Part shown: positions 45,349 to 55,940 of the stretch, one piece after another
How the letters are laid out: every line of letters begins with the position of its first letter
Position numbering within the stretch: the stretch's first letter is position 1
Assembly: GCF_000143415.4 (NCBI RefSeq)
Contig: NW_003314380.1
Coordinates: forward strand, 206,924-270,923
DNA: 64,000 nucleotides
Direction: 5' to 3'
Source: Selaginella moellendorffii
Lineage: Eukaryota > Plantae > Lycopodiophyta
The notes under the pieces: generated by a model
The model's input: only the letters and a program-made list of their open reading frames with translations
What the model was told of the DNA's origin: nothing
Database searches by the model: none
Position numbers and translations under genes: made by a program

Positions 45349-46537
45349 ATGGCGATCATCCGGGAGGAGAGCAGCGAGGAATCGGACCCCACGGGCAATG
45401 GCGCGATTGTGGATAGATTCTCGCGGGCGAAAGTAATCGCCATCGCCGCTGGAGCAAGGCTGCTCTTCTACCCGACGCTGGCGTACAATGTCCTGCGCAA
45501 CAGCATGGAGGACGAATTCCGCTGGTGGGATCAAGTGGACGAGGTGAGATTGAGATCGTGGGCCGAATTTCTGAGGTTTCTTGCCACAGTTCTTGCTGCT
45601 GGGCGCGGTGCCCTTTCGCAGCGATGTGATTCTGCTCAAATCGGCGGGCGTGAGGGGCGTTGTGACGCTCAACGAGCCCTTTGAGACCCTCGTCGACTCA
45701 TCCTTCTACCAGGTTAGCTTCTAGTGGAAAATTACTTAGCTTCCCCTAAAGGAGTTTTCTCTCTTCTAGGAGCATGGTATCAGTCATTGCGTAATTCCAA
45801 CGCGGGATTATTACTTTGCTCCGGCTGTTAAAGACATTCGGCGAGCTGTGAACTTCATCCATGGTAAGTTTCTTTCTTTTTGCCGCTCTGCTTTCTTTTT
45901 CTTGGTCTTTATTTTGTGTTTTTTCAGAGCATGCGCTTCGAGGTGAGACAACCTATGTTCACTGTAAAGCCGGTCGTGGGCGAAGTACAACAGTAGCGCT
46001 ATGCTACTTGGTAAGCTTATCTTCTAGTTTTTCTTCTTCCATATATTTCCTTTTCGTGATCGATTTTCTGCGTGATTCTAGATGGAACACCGAGGATTGA
46101 ATCCCATCGACGCCTTCAACTACATCCGTGCTCGGCGCCCGAGAGTTTTGCTGGCTTCAGCACAGTGGGAGGTATGAGAACTTCCGATTCATTCTTTTGT
46201 TTGCTCACCAACGTTTTCCCACCTCCAGGCTGTGTACGAATACAGACACAAGTATTGCTCGCGACCGCTGCTAGCAAACGCCGGATCCGGCAGCTGCAGC
46301 AGTAGCGACGATCTAAAGCCATCCCTGCCGTGCCTGTGCATTTACTGCACCGAGGAGCCGGTGATGATCACCGCCACGGATCTTGCGGACTACCGCGAGA
46401 AGCCCCGATGGATGTTGTGGAAGAACTTGGGGCTTGTTCTATCGTATCTTCTACGCATGGAGAAGATGGAGGCCATAGAGATGGCGTGCAAGCCGGCGCA
46501 AGACTTTGGCAGCTCCATCCAGCTAACGGCGTACTGA
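45349..46537 (+). CDS. Dual-specificity phosphatase, PTPMT1/DSP8-like (phosphatidylglycerophosphatase family), multi-exon
   Basis: GARLLFYPTLAYNV, FRWWDQVDE, GVVTLNEPFE, IPTRDY, catalytic YVHCKAGRGRST and RPRVLLASAQW. Confidence 0.92.
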
Positions 46538-46664
46538 CCAAAACAACAAATGTAAAGGTTTGTATTTTGTATATAAAAAAAGAAAGACAAGTACGGAAGG
46601 CATATCCATGGGTATAATCATGTAAATATAAGTACGGCAATCAAACAATCACAAAATTTGAAGT

Positions 46665-48661
46665 TTAGCTTGGGGTGAAAGTGGCGTTCTTCATGCCCCA
46701 TAGCGCGATGGAGGCGTCGATCGGGGCGCTGCCGTTGTTGAAGAGGAAGAGGCGGGGCGAGCCGCTGGTAGGGTACACGCGGGAGGTAATGCAGGCCCGT
46801 CCGCCTTGAAAGAATGTCTCGATGAGCGAGTGATCTACCTGTGGAGCACGCAGTCAGTGAAATCAGGCCTTTCTTTCGGGTCTTACAATCACTCGCATCG
46901 TGAGCTGCTGCTCTGTGCCGGTAACGTTCACGAATCCTCCGTATGCTGTTTTTGTGACATTTGGCTGTAGCGACGATCTAAAGGAAATGTTTTGGTTTGA
47001 TCTCTCTCGGATAATTTGGGGGTGGATTACCTTCGAATGTCGCTGCAAGCAAGGGGCTTCCAGCCCGACTTCGATCTCAGCAACGCGAAGTAGATCGCAG
47101 TGTGTTCTTGGAGATAATCCGAGGCTAGAACCATTAGTCCAAATGGTCCAACTGCTTCTCTTGATGCGGTGGTGCGACCAAGGCATGAGGTTTGTCCGTC
47201 TTCCATGATGCTGTCGAGGGTGACTAGCTTGTGATTTCTTACAGTGAAGGTGACCTCGATGTCCAGCTAAAACAACGCACGAGAAGCTGGAAGAAATGAA
47301 AGAGAAACAATAAAAGGTTGAGCCTAGGAACCTGAAAGTTCTTTCTGCCGCTATGTATCTCCTGCAACGCGCCACCTTGAAGCTTGAGGTGAGCCTGTGA
47401 ATGGTAGTCCCGTCGACGCAGTTTATACACTTCGGCTACTGGCCACTGTCTAACTCCATTTTGGTGTGTTTCATCCAGCCAGATTTGTCTCGGGAGTGCC
47501 TGGCACAACTTCAGATGAACAAGAGGTTCTCACAAACAGTTTCTTCCACATACCTGGACGCCGGCCCAGCCTTTGGCAATATCAGCCTCAGCGCTGTCTT
47601 TCTCAGTGACCCATCCCCAAAGTACGCGTCTTTGCTTCTCAGGGTCGTAGAACGTCTTGGAAGCGTAGAAGACGCCGTGATCGTAAACGAGGCCTAATCC
47701 AGTGTCCAGCTCCGGGACATTGGGTATGAACTTATCGGCCGCAGCATCGTAAGTTCCTACAGTATAAGCATCTTGTCTGGTATTATCCAAGCTGACTTTG
47801 AGTACGTGTTTCACTCCAGAACCTCTGACTGAATCCTCCAAGCCTTTTGTTCCGAAGGATGAAACGGGATAGAAATCCGGGCACTCCCACATCCCGGTTC
47901 CAGCAACCTCATGGAGCGGATGGTCCGCCAAGTTCCAGTGAACAAAGTCTTTACTGGTGTACAGGATTGCAGTTCCGGTGGTATTCTTCTTTGCTCCCAC
48001 CAGGATTCTCCAAAGCCCGTCGGCACCAATCCAGGCCGTGGTGGGATCTCTGAAGTCTACTGTTCGCACGCCGGAGGGTGGTGGAAAGATGATCGGGTTC
48101 TGCTCCAGTTTCTTCCAGGTTCTAACCAGCGGATCCGAGATGTTTGCAGGCACAGCCTCGTTCTGCGACTGATCTAAGTTGAGCGCAGAGCCCGTGTAGA
48201 GAATGACCGGCACTCCCTTGACGAAGGTGATGGAGCCAGAGAAGGCACCGTTTTGGTCGTAAGGCTTGTCTCTTTGGAGAGCCAGGTCGAGGAAGCTCCA
48301 GTTGATGAGGTCCTTGGAGACTGCGTGTCCCCAGCTGATGTTTCCAAATACTGGCGCAGTGGGATTGTACTGGAAGAAGAGGTGATACAATCCTTTGTAG
48401 AGCATCGGTCCTGGCTTAAGTCCATGAGGTAACGATCTTTTCTTTCTATTGTTTTCTTACCATTGGGATCTTTTGGGACAGGAAAGAGGAAGAAGAACGT
48501 ACACATACAAGGGTGGCTTTTACTTGAGTGACTCTAGAAGTTATAATTTTACCATTCATCCAGTTCTTGATGGGTTGGAAGTGGAATGCAGGGCGTAAGT
48601 CATCCCCCACAGACGATCCTGCAAGCGATAAGATGATTATTATCAGAAGCATAGCCGGCAT
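46665..48661 (-). CDS. Acid (cell-wall-type) beta-fructofuranosidase, GH32, copy 1
   Basis: Signal peptide, FHFQP, WMN-DPN-G with a 9-nt mini-exon at 48461-48469, FRDPTT, WECPDF and a C-terminal ITSRVYP. Confidence 0.95.
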
Positions 48662-48753
48662 TATCGTGAGCTCTCACACAACTGGTGGAGTTGAAAGGCA
48701 AAAGTTGGTGCAACCATCTTTTTTAGCTTAATCAGGTAAATCAAATACGGGAG

Positions 48754-48763
48754 AAAAATAAAA
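48754..48763 (-). terminator. Candidate RNA Pol III T-run terminator downstream of the tRNA
   Basis: Minus strand reads TTTTATTTTT about 20 nt past the tRNA discriminator base. Confidence 0.5.
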
Positions 48764-48783
48764 GCTGAACATTTTTTTCTTCG

Positions 48784-48857
48784 TAGGGATGACAGGATTC
48801 GAACCTGCGGCCGTTTGTACCCAAAACAAACGCGCTACCGAGCTGCGCTACATCCCT
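48784..48857 (-). tRNA. trnP-UGG: tRNA-Pro(UGG), chloroplast-type sequence (trnP-UGG)
   Basis: AGGGATGTAGCGCAGCTCGGTAGCGCGTTTGTTTTGGGTACAAACGGCCGCAGGTTCGAATCCTGTCATCCCTA folds as a cloverleaf (acceptor AGGGATG/CATCCCT, anticodon stem TTTGT/ACAAA, anticodon TGG). It matches the land-plant plastid trnP pattern, not cytosolic tRNA-Pro. Confidence 0.93.
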
Positions 48858-49379
48858 GGCCGCAATTTCCAGTGCCGGAATGCTGCCCCAGGCGAACTTG
48901 TATGTTAGCAAAACAGTTTTGAAACTCTTGACAGGTTCTTTCCTGCTCTTGTCAAACAGCTTTCAAATCCTTCGAAAAAGATCGGGAAAGTGAAAGTAAA
49001 ATAAAATAGAATATTTACTTATGGTCATGGCCCATGGGGCATAAAACTTAATATTCATTAGTCTAAGTATTTGTTTTGGAGTGTTACCTCAAGGATTTGG
49101 AAATGTTGTGTGCTGTGCGTGTGTTGTTGCTGATTTCAAGGACGAAGGCTGCCACCTCTCTGGCTACGGGCAGGGCATAAATTTCACCGACAGTAGCCAA
49201 ATTTCCACTGGTACGAAAATTGTTACGGTCTTTCAAATGACATGTTAGGGTTTTAAATATATATATATCATCTATTATTTAATGATATCCTATCCTAAAT
49301 TTCTGCTTATACTTTTAAAATGAAATGCTTGAAACACTAAAAGATAAGGAGATTTAGGAGAGTAATTAAACAGGAGCCC

Positions 49380-51180
49380 TGTGTCAGAAGGTATAATTAG
49401 TGCCATCTAATGTGAAGGAATGCCAGGGCAATTGGCATGTTCAACAGTCTCCATTTTCCTCGTAGTAGACTTGGCAAAGTCTGTCCTCCAAAGGAGTAAG
49501 TGGTTTGAGCCATTCTTCAACTGTTGAATATAGGTGGTGCCCTCTTGCTTGATAGGTAGTTAGGATCCTTTGAGTGCTTTTGTCCTAAAGGCTAGTGTAG
49601 CTGGATGACAATTTCCCGTGTTGTGTTACTGTTTGTAGGTACTATTGGAAGCCCGTACCGGTTGGCTGTTTGAAAAGTGCATTCCATCCATTCTGCAGAC
49701 ACTTCGGTAATGTGTGCCAGGAGTAGATAATTGAGATCCATTCCTAGATCATGTTGTTCACGCAAACATGACGTTTTTTCTAAACCCATTTATAAATCCT
49801 TGCTGTTTAGATCCAATTTGCTTGGAAGATCATATACCCCAGAGATTTATACCTCATTCCTTTATGTGTTAGAGATAATCTCTTGTATCCAATCTGTCTT
49901 GTGAGGTTGACCACCAACCCTCTAGAATCTCAAGTTGTCTTTGAAACAAAGAGCAAGTGGATGTGAGGGGTAAGAGATCATTCACATACAGAAAGTATAG
50001 GTATAGGCTAGCCATTTGTATCACTGAAAGATGGTGGTCAGTGAATAATGTTTCGATACATGCTGTGTGGTACTTCGCAAGTGGAGAGGAGTTCAACGGA
50101 GCGGGTCCGGTGGAGGCGATGGGAGAGAGGACTTTGGAAAGCGATGGGAACGAGCTATGGGACAAAATCAGTCCAGTAATATATAGTCTCAGAAGAGTTG
50201 GCGAAAGTAGACAAACTTGATTAACTCTTATGGTGATAAGAATAAGTTCTTATCCAGCAAATGACTTCATAAAGTGCCAAAACTGCCTGGATTATACTTA
50301 ATGGTGTCTCTATGATCCTGTAAACTTTGTCTTGGGACAGTATCAAATGCTTTGTGACAATCGCTAAATAGTCATTTAGGCCTGAAACCCGCTTGATTTT
50401 TCAACAATACGGGCAAACATCTGAGACCACTATGGTGTGGTGATTTTTAGGAAGCATCACCACTTTTATAGATTGGAATAATGCAGTTTACTGTCCACTT
50501 TTTTGGGAAGCCATTGCAGAGAACATCACCTAAGATTTGAGCGAGTATCGTTGCTAGGAGGTGTTGATCACAAGCTTGAAGTAATTCCATATCAACAGCC
50601 TTCCAAAATATGCTATATGCTTTGTTTGGAGTTGCCATACATTCTCGTTTTTTACGCTTGCATACTCACCGAGCTGCTTTGGCATCGGGTGCTTCAGATT
50701 GGGCCTTTTGCCTTTTGAATTGTATTCCATTGCTGGCATTCATCATTCCACCATGGGGAGTTGGGGATGCGGAATGGGGAATGAGCAGCTGTGGTGAGGA
50801 CTTTTATCAAAAGATCACCATAGTTGTCAATTGCCACCATAACTTCCTCACTTGTTCTGCATAGCGACTTCGCCGTTCTGCAATGATCTTGTATCTGATA
50901 GATGTGGGGAGCTGTTCATGAGCTGTAGTAGCTGGAGGATTTGTCAACGTCAATCCCAGAGGGCAGTGATCCGCAATCTCCAGGTCGGGGATTGATTGAA
51001 GATCCACTTTGTTTGAGGAGATTGTAGCCTAGTAATAGTGCCTAGTACCACGACCAGTGCGGCAAGTGAAACCCCCTGGGTGAGGGCAGTGCCGTGTTCC
51101 ATTTGGAATACTGTGGTGCAGGTCTTGGTCGTGTCATCCTGGGCAATTGTGGTAACAAAAGAGTTCTTCATTGTAGATAG
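49380..51180 (-). mobile_element. Decayed non-LTR retrotransposon (LINE) ORF2 remnant
   Basis: APE endonuclease end (GFTC..., DLEIADHCPL). RT motifs GFPKKWTVNCIIPIYKSGD, QAGFRP and D..KAFDTVPR, interrupted by stops and frameshifts. Confidence 0.8.
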
Positions 51181-51466
51181 TGGCTTGCAAAGATGCAGTA
51201 AGTACGATGCAGTAGTAGATGCAGTAGATAACGACACCGGAGGAGGATTCTTCAGAAAGGCCATATCCTTTTTTCAGTATTTGTTTCTTTCTTTTCTTCG
51301 GTTTTTTTCTTTTAAAATTTCTGATGGGCGACTCTATCACTCTAGATGGAGTCCACTCAATGCAAGTTGGGAGTAAAGTCTCGCCTATCAATTTAGCATT
51401 AGTTCATCTTCCATCGCCACACGGCTGGCCCTTCCCTGGCCACACATTTTACCATTGCGAAGAACA

Positions 51467-51500
51467 CGAGAGCGAGAGAGAGAGAGAGAGAGAGAGAGGA
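51467..51500. repeat. (GA)n microsatellite in the COI1-like 5' region
   Basis: gagagcgagagagagagagagagagagagagagga. Confidence 0.9.
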
Positions 51501-51572
51501 GTTAAAAAACAGAGAGAGAGAGGATCTTACGTACCACGACATCTCCTTCCTTCCCGGTTAGAAGTGTTAGCG

Positions 51573-53669
51573 ATGGAGGAGCGAAGCAATAACAAGAAGA
51601 AGAAGAAGAGCACAGTGCTGTGGCTGTGCGATGAGCTGCTGGAGAGAATCCTCGCGCTTATCGCCGATCCCTGCGACCGCGCGGCGGTCTCCGAGGTGAA
51701 TCGGCAGTGGTACCGGGTGGAGGCGAGGACGCGATCGAGATTGGTGGTCAAGTGCTCGTACGCAGTGCATCCATGGCGGCTGGCCCAGCGATTTACCGGC
51801 CTCGCCAGCGTGACCATCAAGGGGCGGCCACGGATCTACGACTGGGGCTTGCTCGGGGACGACTGGGGCGGCGCCGCCGACACCTGGATCCGCGTCCTCG
51901 TCGCCTGCTGCCCCTCTCTCGCTGCCATCCACCTCCGCCGCTTCGACGTCCCCGACTCCGCCATCGCCGCCATCGCCACCGCCGCGTTTGCGAGCTCGCT
52001 GCAGGTTCTCAAGCTCGACCGCTGCTCGGGCTTCTCCACCCGGGGCCTCCTCGAGATCGCGCGCCACTGCAAGTGAGTCAAGCAAGCGATCATCTCTCTC
52101 TCAACGTTGTGTTCTATCTATATGATCCAGGAACCTCAGAGTGTTGAGCTTGGACGAGAGCATCGTGGATGGTGGCGGCGAGCAGTGGCTGCGAGCTCTG
52201 GCCGACACCGCCACCAAGCTCGAGGTGCTCAGCTTTAGCCTGACGGGGATCGAGGTTCGGGGCCTGGACGATGTGGCGGCGATTGTGAGCAGGAACAAGC
52301 GACTCGCCTCTCTTCGGCTTGACGAAGTTCGCACTACCAATGACGCCATTTCCAGGGCCCGGGGGATCCTGCGCGATGCCGCATCGCTCCAGGAGATGCT
52401 GCTGCTCTATCGCTCCGTGGATGAGAGCAGCATCATCGAGAAGCTGGAGCTGCCCAAGACGGTCACTTCGCTCGCCGGGGATATCAGCATTCCTCTCGAT
52501 TGCGGGCTCGCCTCCCGGCTGCTCAAGCTCGACTTGATGCTCACCACCCTCGATAGCTCGCAGCTCTCGCTTCTCCACCAGACTTTCCAAGCGTGTCCCA
52601 ACCTGGAAGAACTCAAGGTAATGAGACTTTCCTTAGCTTGGATCTTACTCTCTTCGTTCGCTCACGCTCTCTCAGAGTTTGAACAAACCAACCATTTACT
52701 TTCTAAGTTCTTCCAATGTTTTCCAAAGTTCTCATCCAGTCACTAGCTAGCGCAAGTTGTTATCTCTCGACAGACACATTCCTTAGCTTGGACAGCATTC
52801 GAGAGTTATCACCGTCAACAGATCATGAAGTTCTTTTCGAAACTTCACCCTCCCCCGATCCTTCTATAGATCCATCGAAAGTTCTTTCCTGCCACCACAA
52901 TCGACTGAAGAGTACATTGCTCGTTTCCCAGGTGAGGAACAGCATCGGGGACGAGGGAGTCGAGGCCATCGCTAAGCACTGTCGGAAGCTCAAGCGCATC
53001 CGAATCGAGAACCTCGAGGACAACCATCACTCAGTCTCGCAGCGCGGCCTCATCACGCTCGCCTCCAGCTGCCCACACCTCCGCACAGTAGCCATCTACG
53101 CCTCAGACGTGAGCAACGCAGCATTTGCCGCGTTTGGGCATTGCTGCCGGGACCTCTACGACTTCCGGATCGCGGTGCTCGACTCCCCGACCCCGCTCAC
53201 CGATACCCCGCTCGACGCCGGCGTCAAATCCCTCCTCCAGGGCTGCCGGGGCCTCCGCAAGCTCGCGCTCTACCTCAAGCGCGGCGGCCTCTCGGATCAC
53301 GGCCTGGCAGAGATGGGGGTGCTCGCGGGCAATCTCAAGTGGCTGCTCCTGGGCTGCGCGGGCTACTCGGACGCCGGATTCGTGGGCCTCGCGGCCGGGT
53401 GCGCGAGGCTGACCAAGCTGGAGCTCCGGCACTGCCCGTTTAGCGAGGCCGGCATGGCGGCCGGGGTGGCGCGGATGGAGCGGCTGAGGTATGTGTGGAG
53501 CCAGGGGTACCGCGAAGTGGACGCCAGAGAGTTACTGGCGCTGGGGCCGGCGTGGAACATCGAGTACATGCCGTCCCGCGATGCCGCTGTGACACAGTTC
53601 GTAGCATATCGGTCGCTGCTTGGGCCCCGGATGGATTGCCCGCCTCGCGTCATGCAACTGGTTGGCTAA
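51573..53669 (+). CDS. COI1-like F-box/LRR jasmonate co-receptor homolog (divergent), 3 exons
   Basis: F-box DRAAVSEVNRQWY, KGRPR...DWGG, LKLDRCSGFSTRGL, CPNLEELK-VRNSIGDEG, KRIRIE, VSQRGL, DFRI, PLDAGV, WNIEY and AYRSLLGPRMDCP. The three-exon layout is as in COI1. Confidence 0.88.
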
Positions 53670-54933
53670 GCGGAATTTTTAATTTTTTTAATTCGGTGAT
53701 GTGGAGATCTACAGTTGTACGATTGTCCGCATGTGTCTCGAAAGTTTAAAAAGAAGACACACCTATGGATAAAAATTGAAACAAAGATCGTAAATTATCC
53801 ATAGAATTTGTTGTATTCATTCATTCGATTTTCTTTACATGGTCTCGCAGTGCCCGCCAAGGATTTGAATATGCTGCCCGAATGATATTTGCAGCTTTAT
53901 TTAAATGTACTTAATAACTTTTGCTCTTTCTGAGGGCACGTCCAAAATTAGTAATTCGTATTTAGTTTAGATATAAGTTTTGCTCAGCTGCCCGGGTTGC
54001 GAATAAGAAGCTACCGCTTACAGACTGCCACGGCTGCATATGTAGAAAGACAACACGTATTGTTCTTATCTCTTCTCTCTTTTCTTCTTTTTGTTGCTTG
54101 TTTGTAGGGTGGATGACAATTCAATGTCATGCATTCATGTATGCATAACTCATGGATCAGGACAGGTACATTACTTCTAAATAAGCCTTATAATACTCTT
54201 TGTAGCAATGTATATGATGGATCTAATTAATACAATTACAATATAGGAGTATTTTTAGTGATGTTATTTATCCTTGTTTATCCTGGTTCGAAAGACAGTT
54301 TATATTCTTAATATTGTCAATCAAGTTGTTCGTAACAAATTGGCACTAAAAATGAAGATGATGAAACATTTGTAGTATCCTAAAAAGGTTTACCTTATAA
54401 AATGGTGTTCAGGTCTATTTTAAGTTAGCTAGCTAGTTAATTGCTAGTTGTTGTACTTCATGCTTGTTGTCCCTCTCCCTAAGGACCTAATCCATGGTTT
54501 GAATTTTTGGGAAGCTAAGCAACACCACTTGATCTTACTTATGTGGCATTGTTACTTATGTGGCCTGATCTTGGTTCGATTGAATGTCATATCATGAACA
54601 GTCATGATCAATACCTTTAATTTTATAGTGGAAATTCAAGTGGAGATTCTGAGATCTATGGCACAATCAATTGTAGCTTGCATTGTCACCCTTCTAGAGT
54701 TCCACATTTGTACGTATGTAGCTCATATTCTGGCATGCAGTAGTGGTACCTTAAGAAGCTTACTTGTGACATTGTAGATATTTTGTTGCATCTGTTGTCT
54801 TCTTAGCAAGGGGCAAGAGTATTATACAATAGTATAAAACATAGGGGTAAAGAGAATTAAAATTTTATTTGCTAGTAATTGGTTTCCTTGGATAGTAGTG
54901 AATATACCTAAAATATGCTTGGATATTCTAGGA

Positions 54934-55104
54934 TATTCTACCATCTAATGGTTGTTATTCATTTAGATTAATCTTGTATTTATAATTTATAAACATGTTT
55001 ATAATTTATAAAATTTCTTAAACCCTTTTTAGTATATTCTTTTTTATTCTATCATCTAATGGTTGATATACAATAAGATTAATCTTGTGTTTATAAATTA
55101 CAAA
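54934..55104. repeat. Imperfect ~60-bp direct repeat in AT-rich intergenic DNA
   Basis: tattcta.catctaatggttg...agattaatcttgt.tttataa at about 54934-54993 and 55045-55104. Confidence 0.75.
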
Positions 55105-55940
55105 TAATTATTAACTTTATTCAATAAATTGGATTAATAAATAATAAAACTACTATTAAGCAAGCCAAATGTTGCTACATGCAACGTGTAGCAATTTATT
55201 TTTATAACTATTGTATCATACAATTGTGAGAGCTAAAAAACAATTTAGTAAAATTTTGCAACAAATTTAGTTATGATCATCAAAAAATTAATTCAAAAAG
55301 TTTTAAAATGTTTTATCACTATATCATACTTTTGTCTTCTTGCTATCTAGATTGTGTTTGGTCCATTCCCACAATTCCTTTGATGCCTCCTCTATGGTTG
55401 AATGTACATGATGGTCATCTTTCAAGCCAACATCTCAGATTCCAGGAAGAGGAATGGAACCCTCCAAACTTACAGTTCATGCTCGATAAAGTTCAGTTGT
55501 GTCCAAGAAGAGGTGTGACCATTGTGTACAATGCAATAGTAGTGTTTGTTTTGTCTTCCAATAATTGCATTGCTATGGCAATCTGACTGGAAGCTATGAT
55601 GTTGAAATCAACAGCCACTGCATAGGCCCCATACATTTGCACTACTTTCACGCAGTCTTTGACACCTTTTGTCCATGTCCATCGTCTCAAAGGTAAATTG
55701 CCAAATTTCTTTGCATTCCATAAGCTTGCAAGTTGTTCGAACCTGTTCTCCTTTGATATCACTTCCAGTGCTTCAATATAATCTGTGTGGATTCCGGTTT
55801 GATGACTTAGTATCACAATATCCAACATGTTTATGAAGCAGCTTAACCTTAAATCAAGCTTTCGAACACAAGCTTTTGCATTAATTTTTTTTTTTTGTTT
55901 TATTAAACAATCAGTTTTTAGTCTATTTAGTTATCCTCCT

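Noticed and set aside
23624-53669. Apparent hormone-signalling cluster (CTR1-like, AUX1/LAX, COI1-like)
   Set aside because: The genes are separated by many unrelated genes, so co-occurrence is expected by chance in such a gene-dense genome.
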